Part shown: piece by piece, positions 28,923 to 42,153 of the stretch
Position numbering within the stretch: the first letter of the stretch is position 1
Layout: each line of letters opens with the position of its first letter
Assembly: GCF_006345805.1 (NCBI RefSeq)
Contig: NC_043007.1
Location: 58,094,001-58,158,000, forward strand
Source of the DNA: Octopus sinensis
Taxonomy: Eukaryota
Direction: 5' to 3'
Length of the DNA stretch: 64,000 nt
The notes under the pieces: model-generated
Seen by the model: the letters and a program-made list of their open reading frames with translations, nothing else
Database searches by the model: none
What the model was told of the DNA's origin: nothing
Program-made: the position numbers and the translations under genes

Positions 28923-29245
28923 AATTATCTATCCACTGCCCTAATAATACTACCAATTAATACACCCACTGATCTCTAGTCATACATAACTTCGGTGTGT
29001 TTCCTTTCCTAGATATTCCATGCACACATTATATTCAATGCTTTTCATTACCTCCAATTGCATCCCCTACGATTCATTACTGCGTATAACACCATAATCC
29101 TTAGAATATACCATTACATACTTTAATTCTAGTAAATTTCCTGAAAAATGGAAAGTAATAGTTTAATAGGTATAACAGATAATATTATTACCACTCTTCA
29201 TATATATTTCGGCCCATAATTTCATAGAAGTGACTACCTCATCCT

Positions 29246-29730
29246 TTGCTGGTTACCCAGAAGCATTATTTCAGATGTCGACTACTCGGAGACATCCTTA
29301 CGAGTGCTGGCTATTCAGAAACCTCATTAAGTGTGCTATCTATTCAGAAAAATTACTATAGGTGCTAGCTATACAGATATAACATTACGGATGTTACTAA
29401 GAAACAGCATTAAGGGTACTGGGTATTCAGAAAACTTATTACGGGTGCTGACTGCACAGTAATAGTATTACGAGTGTTGGATACTCTGAAATATTATTCT
29501 TGGTACTGGTTACAAACAGTATTAAAGATGTTGGCAACTCAGAAACAGCATAACGGGTACTAGCTACTCAGACATATTATTATGGATGCTAGCTCCTCAG
29601 AAACTGCATTACCGGTATTGGTTACCTAGGGACATTATTACGAATACTGCCTTCTCAGAAACATTATGGGTGCTGGCTACTCAGAACAGTATTATGGTTG
29701 CTTGTTCCTCGGAAACATCATTGCTAACTT
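29246..29730. repeat. Diverged 29-bp minisatellite, ~17 units
   Basis: Consensus ~ggtgctggctactcagaaacagcattacg; most units 29 nt, a few 25-28 nt. Confidence 0.85.
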
Positions 29731-30262
29731 CTCATAAGTTGTCGTTTAACCCACCTTGACTGAACAGATATAATCAAAGCGTATCCGTCCGTCCTTTTAA
29801 GTGTCTTGGCATATACTAACTAATCTGCCCTTCTCTATTTAAGATGATATGGTGTAATTTGCAGATTTGTTGATCAAAGGCTTAAAATTCCCAAATGCTC
29901 GTCACCTCTGCAGTTGTCTAGTGTAAAGATTCTACCAACGGTGTCTTGCTTTTATATGTAGTGGTTTCCTTTAAATAGGCAGCAAGTGCAGACAAATGCA
30001 ACGCGAGTTAAGTGGAAGAATTTTAAACAAGAAATTGAAACCGTTAGACAGAGAGCAGCTTCCCTCCCTCCCTTAACCTCTTTTCCCCTTCGATCTCTCT
30101 CTCTTCCCCCTCTCTCTCTAATACACTACAAAGTGCATCTGCCACTCTCTCTCTGTCTCTCTTTTCCCCAATCACATTGTCTTTTGTATGTGAATATCAT
30201 TGTCAGTCTCTCTAACTGAATTTTCCTTCTCTTCCTCCTTCTCCTCCGATTTACGCTCTCCA

Positions 30263-30299
<37 letters not shown>

Positions 30300-30944
30300 A
30301 TCGCCCCACCAACTCTACAAATCCCCAGTCATGCGGTTGGCCAATATGTTAGATTTAATCAATTGTTGCTGTTTTCCTCTTTATTTCCTCGATCGAGAAT
30401 GATGAGAACCAAAAATAAAACAAACGAAAGAAACTGATAAATAAATGGCATAAACAAATGCACAAAATAAAAACAGAAAACAAAACAAGACAAAAATAAA
30501 CATATGCATCAACAATAACAATGAAATAAAACCAACAATACAACAACAATAAACTGCATCGTTTGCCTTTATCGTAGTCTTATCAACATCATCACCATTA
30601 TTATTATTGTTGTTGTTGTTTTTGTTCTTCTGGTTCTTGTTCTTGTTATTATTATAATCATTAAAGTCAGGCCATAAGTATAATTGTGTTTTTATCTAAT
30701 GTTTCCATTATTGATTGATTTTAATCCTGTAGGTGTTTTGCCGATGCTTCACCGAATGTTTCACCCGTTACATAGGCATGTTTCCGATACTGCAGGAAGG
30801 TGATGATGGTGGAGCACCAGTGGTGGTGGTGGTGATGGTAGTAGTAGTGGCGTTAGTGGTTGTAGTGGTAGTGGGATAATACTGTAGTCGATGTTAGACG
30901 GCGAAGCAGCAGTGATGTTGGTAGTAGTAGTAGTAGTAGTTGTT

Positions 30945-31140
30945 GTTGTTGTTGTTTAAAGGATGTAGTGGTACTTTAAAGGATGTTTGACGGCGGACCA
31001 GTGATGCTGGTGGTGGTATGTGTTGTATGGGAGCTCGAGTGGATGCTGGGTGATAGAGCTGAGTGGTGAAGGTGTAACAACGATAAAATACGCAAATAGT
31101 TCCATTGACTGAATGTTCCAGCTCCACTAAAGTTCACACG
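30945..31140 (-). mobile_element. L2-group LINE C-terminal fragment
   Basis: LEHSVNGTICVFYRCY..IPPPASLVRRQT resembles LEHRR..CVFYRYY..IPP. Confidence 0.45.
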
Positions 31141-31324
31141 TGACGCCAATGGGAAAAACAATTGATAACCAGATTATAAAGTAGGAGAAATCACCTGTTC
31201 TGATTGATTATTGATTATTATTTTAATAGATTATATGTAGCCTTCTACTCACAGCCCAAGTTGGAGTACCGCCTTGGAGGAATCAAGGGAACAAATCGAT
31301 CACCAATATGTATTATAAGTCTAA

Positions 31325-31530
31325 AGCGATGAGCTGGCATAGCACACCGGGTAAAATGTTTAGCGGTATTTCGTCTGCCGCTACGTTCTGAGTTCAAATT
31401 CCGCCGAGGTCGACTTTGCCTTTTACCCTTTCAGAGTCGATAAAAAAAAGTACCAGTTGAGTACTGGGGTCGATGTAATCGACTACCCTTTTCCCGAAAT
31501 TGCTAGCCATGTGCCAAAACTTGAAATCAA
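31325..31530 (+). mobile_element. SINE family M, tail type 2b
   Basis: Head, core and gaaattgctagccatgtgccaaaacttgaaatcaat tail. Confidence 0.8.
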
Positions 31531-31669
31531 TATGTATAAGTCTACTATATATTTTATTTGTTGAACCGCTAAGTTAGTAAATAAGGGAAGTAAATATATC
31601 GACACAGGTTGTGGAGTGGTGAGAGGAGGGGTCGAACAAAAACAAAAAGTCTCCCACACACGCACATTG

Positions 31670-31825
31670 GGCTTCCATACAGTTTCCGTCTACCATATCC
31701 ACTTACAAGGCATTGGTCGGCTTGTGGCTATAGTGACAATGCTTGCCCAAGATGTCACGCAGTAGGACCGAACCTAGAACCATGTGGTTACGAATCGAAC
31801 TTCTCACCCACACAGCCATGTTTAT
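31670..31825 (-). mobile_element. SINE family K-like
   Basis: Reverse complement: ggctgtgtgggtgagaag..acatggttctaggttcggtcc..atcttgggcaag; same family as 32245-32380. Confidence 0.65.
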
Positions 31826-31994
31826 GTTTGTCTCACACAATTGCTACGCAGGCAAACTGAGATTTCAACGCGGTTTCCATTCACATTTTAATTCCTTTTT
31901 ATTTTTTTTTAATCCAAATTTTGTTCCCTGTATAGCAATGTTATACGAAGACCAATGGATCAATAACCAATATATCGATCATGATTTATATTAT

Positions 31995-32195
31995 CTTTTA
32001 TTTGCTTCAGTCATTAAACTGCGGCCATGCTGGGGCACTGCCTTGAAGAATTTTAGCCGAGTGAATCGACCCCAGTTCTTTTTTTGTTTTTTAGAGCCTG
32101 GTATTTATTCTATCGATCTCTTTGTAGAACCGCTAGGTTACGGGGATATAAACACACCAACAGCAGTTGTCAAAGCGGAGGTGGGAGGGGATAAC
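31995..32195 (-). mobile_element. Further SINE-like interspersed repeat
   Basis: Reverse complement contains ttgacaactgctgttggtgtgtttatatccccgtaacctagcggttc..ctggggtcgattc..ccagcatggccgcag; partial copy at ~31235-31320. Confidence 0.55.
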
Positions 32196-32208
32196 CATAG
32201 ACACACAT

Positions 32209-32241
<33 letters not shown>

Positions 32242-32244
32242 CAC

Positions 32245-32380
32245 GTCAGGCTTCTTTCAGTTTCCGTCTACTAAATCCACTCACAAGGCTTTGGTCAGCC
32301 TCAGGCTATAGTAGAATACACTTGCCCAAGGTGCCACACAATGGGACTGAACCCGGAATCATGTGATTAGTAAGCAAGCT
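32245..32380 (-). mobile_element. SINE family K-like
   Basis: Reverse complement: ccgggttcagtccc..ggcaccttgggcaagtg..gaccaaagccttgtgagtggatt..gacggaaactgaaagaagcc. Confidence 0.7.
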
Positions 32381-32639
32381 TTTTTATTTTATTAAATTGG
32401 CTATGATGGCCTTACATAGAGAAAGAAGGAAGCTGCGAGCTGGACACAGACATAATGTTATATGAGATGAAAAGAGAAAAATGATAGACAACGCCCGCCG
32501 ATTGTTGTTTCCCGAAAACATTATTCTCTTATTTATCATACCTCTTACAATTGTTCATAATTGTTCATTTAAACACAAAAATGAGGCACTATGCCTCGTA
32601 CCTTGGTTAAAAACAGAATGAGTTTTCAAACCTCTTATC

Positions 32640-33890
32640 AGTTCACAATATCGAGGCTTTCCAACCGCTTACCCATAGTCGTCTTCAGTATCGCTTGTGA
32701 CCCCGTACCCCGCCATTTCCCATGCCACGCTCAAGCACAAAGCGGGTGACGTGTTGGGGCCGCCCGGCTACAAGCGATATTCCTCATTGAGTTTCTTCAG
32801 CCTTTGCAACACGGGCAACGTTATGACCTCCACGGCTATCTACGGAGACCATTCGGGATCCCCTGTGCAGGTCATAATTGCTCCCTCGTGGTGCTTCTCC
32901 AACACTTCCACCTCTCTGCCCCTGTAGAAGAAGACAAGTAATTCTTCTTCTTCAAAGGATGAGGTAGTCACTTCCACCGTCGGTGGCACAATTCCCACCG
33001 ACGATTGCTCTTCACCTGTCGGTGGCACGATTCCCACCGACGAAGTTCCGGGACATTTCGGTATTGTGTTACCAACTGCCGATAATGTCCCGTTTCACTT
33101 TTCTTCCTCTTTTTTCTCTTAACTAAGAAGGGTGGGTTTCCTCTGTGACTGGGAGATCCGCCTCTCCTCCCTCCTCCCTCGGATCCTTCGTTGAGCACCC
33201 ATTGTTGCTCACCTTCTTCCTCTTGCGGCCTTTCTTTGAGGAGTCCTCCACCTCCTCAACTGCCTCCGTTCCCTCTTCTACAGAGGTCTCAACCAACTTT
33301 GGTTCTGGAGCAGTTCTTTTTTAAATGGCCAGGTTCCAGAAACCGGCGACACTTGGAGGGCGACCCTCAAGAATCACCGGGCACCTACTCCCAGCCACAG
33401 TTTAAAAGTCCGGAAAGACTGACTCCTTTCCTGATTGGGTCCACAGGGTCAAAATAACTTTTGACCCAAACCAATCAGCCACTGGTAATAATTTAACATT
33501 AAGGAGCTTGGCGCCGCTACCACCCAAACCCCGGCGGATAGTGTCCTCTATCCAGCCTGGTTTTAAATTCGGTGGGAACCTGCAAATCAGTTTCCTCCAT
33601 CAATATGTGGGAGGAAACAAAATTTTATTGCCCTCCAGGGGCTGGCTCGCATTCGGGGTGTCAAATAGCAACTAAATCTTTGCATATCCGACACCCCGGG
33701 CAATAAACTTCACAGTTGGTAGATAGTCCTTCAACTCTTCTATTACTTCTTTGGAGAACACGGCGATGGCGTCGAGAACCTTCGAGTATGTTCTCAACAC
33801 CACCGTCTTCTCTTGCTGTTTAATCCACTCTTTGAGCGGGATAATCTCCCACTCCAAGACATTCTTTTCGCCATGCTTTTTTAAAAAAGT
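32640..33890 (-). pseudogene. Decayed L1/Tx1-type ORF1 (gag-like, zinc knuckle)
   Basis: One frame with few stops (..LEWEIIPLKEW..GVGYAKI*LLFDTP..FPPNLKPGWIEDT..), then VILEGRPP-x-CRRFLEPGHLKKNC (degenerate CCHC after a frameshift); basic/acidic tail with a 39-bp internal duplication (SSVGIVPPT x2). Confidence 0.6.
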
Positions 33891-35659
33891 TCTCTTAATA
33901 TTTCAACAAAAATTATGAAAAGTAAAGAATTAAAAACCATATAGAAAAAACAGAAAGAAGACAAGAGAAAAAACATAAATAAAGAAAAGATAAGAAATTT
34001 TTAAGAAACATTTCAGCACGACGACAGTTCTTTGCACTGTGATAGTTCAAATCACTGCAACAGTTTTTTTCAAAGAATTAAATTCCATCTAACCGGTACT
34101 CCTGGCCCTTGTAGTTTCCAAAAATGGTACTCCAGTAGCAGGAACAAAAAATAATTTACCATTAAATGGTAAATACACAACGAAGAAACTTTTTTCACAG
34201 CAGCAAAAAAATTCCAAGTTTATGGCGGCAGAGGATCCAACCACCAAAATAATTCACTTAAAAGTGAAAAATTTTGCCCAACTGCAGGCAGACCAGAGTC
34301 CAGAATCCAGTGAGGATTTCTTGTTTGTACAAAAAATAATACAGCAAGCAATAAACCCCACTGGACCCAAAAAACAAAAGTCTTACCTTACAGCTGAGCT
34401 TTTTCAATCAATATTTCGCCAGCTGTACACCAGCATGGCGACTTCTGCAGTGTAAGAACATCACTGACACAACCAGAAGCAGAAGCAAGCTTCTTACCAC
34501 ACTGTCACACCTGCGCCCAGATTGAAGTATACTGATCGTGTATATCTCTAACTGACCGTTCCATTGTTTATTCAAAAACGATAGATCTAAGAATATATCT
34601 TCCAATATTGCCTTTTCAAAAATTACTGTAGAATGTTATTTGAACAATATTTTACCTGTTGTTTCTAGCAGCCTGATTGACCGTATAGAGGCGTCCCCAC
34701 TAGTTCGATTGAAGTTTAGTGTATTGCTTTTTTCTCTGTGCTACTTTTTTTTGTCTTTTTTAATCCGAAGAAGGAAAAATAGTACAAAGTTTCTATAATC
34801 TGTGCAGGAATTTAATATTGATGCGATCATATCGATCAAGAGGAAACCTTGGAGAGTGTGAGAGAGAAAATTGATTTCTCTCTGCTGTAGTGGCCAGTTA
34901 GGTTAGCTGTGTTTCAATACCTTGATAACTGGAGCTGTGAGAAATGCGAAAGGGTATGTCTGGAAGGACGTGTGCTGTCAGAGGTGGTTAGTAGGTAATT
35001 GTCAGGACTCCAACTAGTTAACTAATAAGCGGTGCAAGCTGAGCTGCATCAGTGGATCAGGTGTAATCTCAGGTGAAAGAGTTTAGTTTGCAACTAAGAA
35101 AAGCTTTGTTTAAAATATTTGAAGACTTTGGGGATAGTTTGTTTTCGTTTGGTTTTGTTTTTCTCTTTCACATTTCTTCTTACGAAACAATTCAAAACTG
35201 AATCATCTGGCCCTTCTTTTTGTCACCTTCAAGCTCGAAGTGCTTTTGGTGGTTTTAGCCTTTTTGTGAAAGATAGGTTTGGTTTGATCACAATAGCATC
35301 TTTGTTTTTTCCTATTGTAACATCTCTTAGATTGGGCTTTACTAGCCTTGTGCTGTAAAACCTTGTGAAGAATATGTTTCCTGCACTTTTACCTTTGCAG
35401 TTGATCCGTCGGGTTTGGGGGACGGTCATCATTTTCAATGCTTAACGGAAGAGTTGATAGGTCGGTCAGGAATAATTAGATGAAGAAAGAGGAAAATGCT
35501 ACGTACAGTTCGGAAAGGCAATTGTTTCAGCCTTTATACCAGAAGCGTCGGTATAAAATCAAAGAAGGAATCACGAAGAGTTGTTGACACTGAAGTCACC
35601 AAGGATAATGAATTTAGAAGCGATTAGTTGAGATGGACCTAGTCCATATCGAACTATAG

Positions 35660-35830
35660 ATATTGATTTCAAATTTTGGCATAAGGCCAGCAAGTTCGAG
35701 GGTAAGTTGATTACGTTGACCCCAGTGCTCGTCGGTATTTATTTTAACGACCCCAAAAGGGATTAAAGGCAAAGTTGACTTCGGTGGAATTTGAACTCAG
35801 AATGTAAAGACGGGTAAAATACCGCTAAGA
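35660..35830 (-). mobile_element. SINE family M, tail type 2b (the only minus-strand copy seen)
   Basis: Reverse complement: ctgagttcaaattccaccgaagtcaactttgcc..ggggtcg..ccttatgccaaaatttgaaatcaat. Confidence 0.75.
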
Positions 35831-35954
35831 ATTTTTCTAGATATTAATAAATATGATTTTTGTCCTTGGGTAGCAATTGTTATTTCCAATTTGCTTTTCC
35901 CTGGAAAGTATGAAAAATGGTTAATATTGCCTTCAAACTTTGCTTTTGTTACAT

Positions 35955-36120
35955 TTATTCAAATCCCAAACAATCCCTCTCACCCCATGGCTTGGATGCT
36001 CCCTCACTACTCCTGCTCATGATCAAAGATGCACATATTGTCAGCTACTAAAGGACATGCTCAAGTGGTTAAGGTCAAGCAAATGGCAAGCAAATCTGTG
36101 GTATTGAGGAGAATATTTGC
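35955..36120 (-). mobile_element. rep C, diverged internal fragment
   Basis: ttcaaatcccaaacaatccctctc...gtattgaggagaatatttgc matches the rep C interior. Confidence 0.65.
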
Positions 36121-36836
36121 ATAAAGATAGGTCAATTTCAAAGCATAGATGTCCAGGTCACAAAAGTTTCAAGGGAGTAATAGTCATTTCCTTACATTTC
36201 GAGATAGAAGCGAATAGGAAATATAACATTTACTGACCAAAGGCAATAAATAAATAAAAAAAAATTTTGTTGTGCAGTGTAATCTGATCGTGGCTGAATG
36301 TGTTCGAAAGGCGGTTAAGACAATAATTGTTCTTAAAAACTAAAAGAAATTTTCATCCAAACTAGAGCTCATTACCTTTGATATCCAGATATAAGAGATG
36401 AGTACTAAGGCAGAAGATTCTATGTAAGGGAAGTTCTTCATTTCGAAAAAAAAAAAACACTTTACAAAATAACGCTTAATCTGAACGCTAGAAACGTGTT
36501 AGAGATAGACAGAGGCAGGGCAGGTGAGGGTGAGTTCCTGTTACTGAGTGAAATAGCTTGAATATATTACATGTTGGTATTGTTGTTGCTGGTGTTGTTG
36601 TTGCATAGCTCCAAGTCATCTCTTACGTATGATCAAATATATTCAAACCATGGCCATCTCGTCGAATTTTAGAGGATAGTATACCCAGGCTACGTTATTG
36701 AATGCGTCTCAAAAGTTGAGTAAGTAGAAGTGCTGGAAATAGACAGGCTCAAGTTTAAAAGTAAATTAACATATTTTCCAGTCTAGAAGGGAGAAATGTC
36801 CAATGAACTGAAGTCATCTAATTTAATGCATCCATT

Positions 36837-37045
36837 AGGCGATGAGCTTGCAGAACCGTCACCACGGCGAGAAAAATTTAACGGCATTCCGTCCGTCTTT
36901 AAGTTTAGAGTTCAAATTTTGCCAAGGTCAACGTTGCCTTTCATCTTTCAGGGATCGATAAAATAATTACCAGTCGAACACTGGGGTCGAAATAATCAAT
37001 TTAAACCCTCCCCTGAACTTGCTGGCCTTGTGCCAAAATTTGAAA
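36837..37045 (+). mobile_element. SINE family M, tail type 2b
   Basis: Head, core and gctggccttgtgccaaaatttgaaa tail. Confidence 0.75.
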
Positions 37046-37528
37046 TTTAATGCATCCATATCATGTGAATACGGCATACATTTTAGAAACCACTGACTTT
37101 TATATATAGAATATGATACTTAAATGCTAAAACACTTTAAAGATTAATTGTGAACAATCCTAGCAAGTAAACCACTGTAAAATATACAGCGTTTCCTTAT
37201 ACTTTCAGAGGCACAATAGAAATTGTGTTCAATTCGGAGAACTGAACCTCTGTCACTTAAAATATAATGATCTGAATCTATATACATAAATGTGCGTTGT
37301 GTATACATTTATATGTCAAAGTTTATATGTGTGTACCTGTATGCGCGGATAAGTGCGTGTGAGGAAGAGAAAGGACGGATATTTCATTTATGCAAACTCA
37401 CAACATTATGGCACACGTTGCTGCACATATGATATGTGTGTATATACATATTATATATCAACGTCAAAAATATTTATATGGCCATGTGTGCGACTATGTC
37501 TGTGCGTGCGTATATATATATATATATA

Positions 37529-37569
<41 letters not shown>

Positions 37570-37708
37570 TATATAACACATACACACACACATGCATGCA
37601 GCACAGACAGACAGATCGACGCACACATAAACAGTTCCTTGGTGTAATCAGAATTATGTGTTCATATTTCTGTCTGTGTGTACGTAAATGCGCGTCCAGG
37701 ATTACTTG

Positions 37709-37741
<33 letters not shown>

Positions 37742-37742
37742 T

Positions 37743-37816
<74 letters not shown>

Positions 37817-37831
37817 GGATAGATAGATAGG

Positions 37832-37885
<54 letters not shown>

Positions 37886-38121
37886 GATAGATAATTAGAT
37901 AGGTAGATAGATAGATAGATAGATAATGTATATATCTATATATATAGATAGATATGTGTATATCTATATATACATACACTAACACTCATACGCATATATA
38001 CATACGTTTCGTTATATGTATATTTTGGCGCGGATGTATGCGAGCTTCAATGGGCATATACACATATGTATGTACACATGTATATATGAGTATATGTATT
38101 TGTGTATATATACAATATAAT

Positions 38122-38174
<53 letters not shown>

Positions 38175-38318
38175 CGTGTACAAATTCATGTAAACATACA
38201 CAAACAATCTAAACACGTGCATATCATATTTTATATGCATCAATAAACGTATATATATAAATCTATATATAAATCTTTATATATACAAATACACACATAT
38301 ATAAATATATATATAATG

Positions 38319-38373
<55 letters not shown>

Positions 38374-39299
38374 GTGCGTGTATATATATATATTTGTATA
38401 CATGCATACATACACATACATATATGTGTATGAACATGTGTGTGTGTTTGTTTGTTCTTATATATGTGTCTGTGTGTATATATGTTATTATATTGATGTG
38501 TGTTCATATACGTATGCGTGTATGCATGTGTATGAATGTATCTGAATCTGTGTGAAACAATATAACCAACGGGCTTGTCGAAGACTTTTAATTTTCTGTC
38601 TGAAACGCAAGATAAAAAGCAACTTAATAATGACCTCAACAACAGCAAGAAGAACAACAACAACAAAAAATATAATTTACAAAAAATACATGTGAAAAAT
38701 CCATAAAAATATGTAAATACACGTAGCATGTCTTTGATGAGATCTTTACAGTTTTAATAAGCGTAATTCATGGCTGCTTTGGTGTCAATGATATCTTTTC
38801 TCCTTTGGTGAAGAGTTAAAGACAGTCAGCAAGCCAGTCAGGTCCTCTTTCTAGAGAACGTTCAACTGCCACAAGCATGCGACCATCACAACTGGCTAGG
38901 TGTAGAGAGTGGTCGGGAGATGTTGGGTAGATTTTTTCGATTTTTTATCTCACCTCCATATATTCTACAGCACCGTACAATCCACCCCCGTACAATCTAC
39001 ACAATGAATAATGTGTGCGTTTAGTGAGTTTGGGGACTGTAGTGGAGGTGGGGTATATAATGTACATAGGCGTTACTGACGACAACAATAATGCTACGAT
39101 AATGATGATAATCGCAACCATCACCATTATTTTCTCCTTCTCTCAGTCGTCGTCGTCTTTGTCGTCATCAAATTTACATCATCAACATCATCATCATCAT
39201 CACCATCACCACTACCACTACCACCACCACCACTATCTCTTAACCATCGAAAATAATGCGAAAAATTATTTTATAAAAAAACAGTGGCGGAACAAAACA

Positions 39300-40340
39300 G
39301 AATCAGAAGAGTAAATTTAAGGAGACATTTGAAGCGGGAGGAATGTGGGCCAGAGAAGAGACAGAGAAAAAGTAAAGTAAAAAGATGTGTGGGTGAGTAG
39401 CATGAGAGACATAGAAGATAAAAGTAAACCAGGGGAAAGATGGAAGCAAATCAAACGTGAGGAATAAAAGAAGTAAATCTAATGCAGAGTAGGTGTTAGT
39501 GAAAAGTAACTCAACTCGGTTAAAAATGAAATAAAGGTTAACTAGAGTCAGGGATACGGTGAAGCCATGGGACTCTAGCATGGTGAATGCTTTTGAAGAG
39601 ATAGTGGAAGAGCTCAACTGAGCCATCGGTGCTTCTTATGTTGATGCTGAACGGAGGAATGCTAGATCAACAATCAGGATTACCAAGCTCTATCGAGAGA
39701 GTAACTGCAGTACATCCCCTTTTTTTTCAGCCAATGAAAGATTCACTATGATTCAACTAAATCATATTAAATTGCATCACACCATAGCGAAGAGGTGACA
39801 CAATATCGGTAAAGGAATTTGATAAATTTGAAAAGAAAATACGAAACCGGTTATTTCTCCAAAAACAAGTGTGTAATCAGTCAATGAAAGATTCACTTAA
39901 TTCAAATTCACAAAAATGGAATTGGATAGCGCCAAAGAGTAATGAGAATCCACAAAAGCAACACGACCGAAGAAGAACGAAGAAATGCCAAAACAGAGAG
40001 GGATCAATGTGAAGTTGAACCGAAAATAAAACTGTATTAGAAATAAAATAAGAGTAGGTGAGAGACGAGTATGGCTTGAAACAGATGTAATCAGAGTTGA
40101 GGTACATATGATGCGAAGTGAAAGGCAGGGTTGAAAGTGAATTGAGGTAGACTCGAGGGCGGAAACAGGAATGAGTTGTAGACGAATAAACGTGAGTAGT
40201 CAGAAATGAGGTACAGATGACACAGTGAGCTCCACAACTGAGAGAAAATTGAGGTATACTTGGGATATAAAATGAAGCAAGAGTAAGTTAAAGGCTTGTA
40301 AGAATTAACAGAAGCAATGCAGATTGAAGTCAGAGATACG
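39300..40340 (-). mobile_element. Decayed L2-group LINE, same family as 3700-4300
   Basis: DNA homology to 3990-4260 (cagccaatgaaagattcact; ctcaactgagcc..gcttcttat) and an IP-C..SSFF-R-like motif. Confidence 0.55.
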
Positions 40341-41059
40341 ATATATCTAAAAGAGAATGAAAAGTGCAGCAGTTTATTTAGAGATAAAATACATGTAAAG
40401 AAGAAACATGACAGGTGTCTATATGATGGTTATTTGTTTGCATTATTGTTGTTTCAAGTTAGCTTTGATCGAGGAAATATAAGGCCAAAGAGAGTGTTGT
40501 ATAGTGAAACTGTACACCTCTCCCGGTAAAAAATGGTAGTAGCCAGCCGTTATAAATGAACCAGTAGCCGGTCGACAGGTAGTGGGTCGAGAGTACGTGT
40601 AGACTGTGTTGATAGTCGTGTCTCTGTTGATATAATAACTATACTGCGATACTCAGCGGACATTATAACGATCCAACCTTTTGAGGATAACAGCACTGTA
40701 CGACTGGGGTTCGTGCAGTGCCAGATGGAACCATTCTATTGATGACTTCGGAATATAACAATATCTGTAATTTTGGTGGCAGCCCGAGCATCTTATAGCA
40801 AAAATCAAGTTTACTGAGGCAAAAGTAAAGTCAGATTTGATTTTGAATTTTTGTCCCTCTTTAAAAAGAAATTATGATCCTTCTAGAAGGTTTGGGTATG
40901 TTGTGCAATTTGGTCGACCACATTTTTCAGCCAATGAAAGATTCACTATGATTCAACTAAATCATATTAAATTGCATCACATCATAGCGAAGAGATGACA
41001 CAATATCGGTAAAGAAATTTGAAAAGAAAATACGAAACCGGTTATTTCTCCAAAAACAA
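39722..41059 (+). repeat. ~140-bp direct repeat pair (39722-39868 and 40923-41059)
   Basis: ttttcagccaatgaaagattcactatg...ggttatttctccaaaaacaa occurs twice with few differences. Confidence 0.9.
40770..40920 (-). mobile_element. Penelope-like GIY-YIG fragment
   Basis: RPNCTTYPNLLEGS*FLFKEGQKFKIKSDFTFASVNLIFAIRCSGCHQNY parallels the 8452-8739 protein. Confidence 0.6.
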
Positions 41060-41223
41060 TGTTACTATATACAAAATTTTAGAACATTTTTCTAACATAA
41101 CGACTTAAATATGTACTTTAACTGTATTACTCAAGTCGTTTGAAGTTTTTCACTCTATTTTGTCTTTTATATATCCAACCACGTACTTTCACATACCAAC
41201 CTATTACCTATATGTATATGTAT

Positions 41224-41311
<88 letters not shown>

Positions 41312-41696
41312 AACTTTCTTGGAAAAGGATGCATGGCGTTCGATCATATAATAATATAAATAACATATAATATATGCATATATACATACCTAAATATATA
41401 TGTATATATACATGTATATACGGGTACAGGACATCAAAAAAAAAACGTTGAACACAATGAGAAACGAAAACATAAAAACAAAAACATAGAAACAAAGTTT
41501 TTTTCGATCAACGAAAAAAAGAAACAGAGAAACGAGACATACAACATAAAGAATATTCCCCTTCTTCAGTCGTCCCTGTTTTATCTACTCCACGTTCAAA
41601 GGCAGGGACAAGACGCGACTTCGTTGAAACAGTCCTTCCCACTAAGCAAATTAAATAAAATTTGGGATTTTTTGTGAGGGTGAAAGCGGTAACAAG

Positions 41697-42153
41697 AACA
41701 GGACAGTGAGAACAAAACAGTAAAAAGAACAGGAATGTGAGAATAGTATAGTGAGAACAGAACAGTAAAAACAAACAGTGAGGGCTGTTAAGCCAAGACC
41801 ACAGGAAGATTAATCTGAACGAGAGGAAGACGAGCTTATGAAGGAGACAGTATAAGCAAGTTATCTCTCGCCCTCTCTTGTTCTTCATCCTTTCTGGTTT
41901 TCTCTCCCACCCTTCTCTATTCTTCTCTCTTCTTCACCTTTCCTTCTCTCTCACTTCTCCTCTTCGACTCTCTCGTCGCTGACATGTGACGAAAGATAAT
42001 GTCTTTCTGCCTACAACCTTCGAAAAGAAAAAAATGTGCTTATACTGTCTCCTTCATAAGCTCGTCTTCCTCGCGTTCAAAATAATTTTTCTATGGTCTT
42101 GGCTTAACAGCCCTCACTGTTTGTTTTTACTGTTTTGTTCTCACTGTCCTGTT
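41697..42153. repeat. Inverted repeat pair (41697-41858 / 42037-42153) around a CT-rich spacer
   Basis: cagtgagggctgttaagccaagacc..gagcttatgaaggagacagtataagca versus its reverse complement at 42037. Confidence 0.85.

Noticed and set aside
29246-29730. CRISPR array or GAGYSETAL-type coding repeat
   Set aside because: Units are contiguous with no unique spacers, eukaryotic context, and the 29-nt period shifts frame every unit.
32650-32700. Minus-strand CTGAAGA..cgac/gttg..GAAA hammerhead-like core
   Set aside because: No stem I or III and no NUH triplet can be formed; it lies at the end of the Tx1 ORF1 remnant.
36190-36245. 37-nt minus-strand micro-exon (tttggtcag|...|gtaagg)
   Set aside because: Splice-like signals alone, no recognisable peptide; expected by chance in 64 kb.
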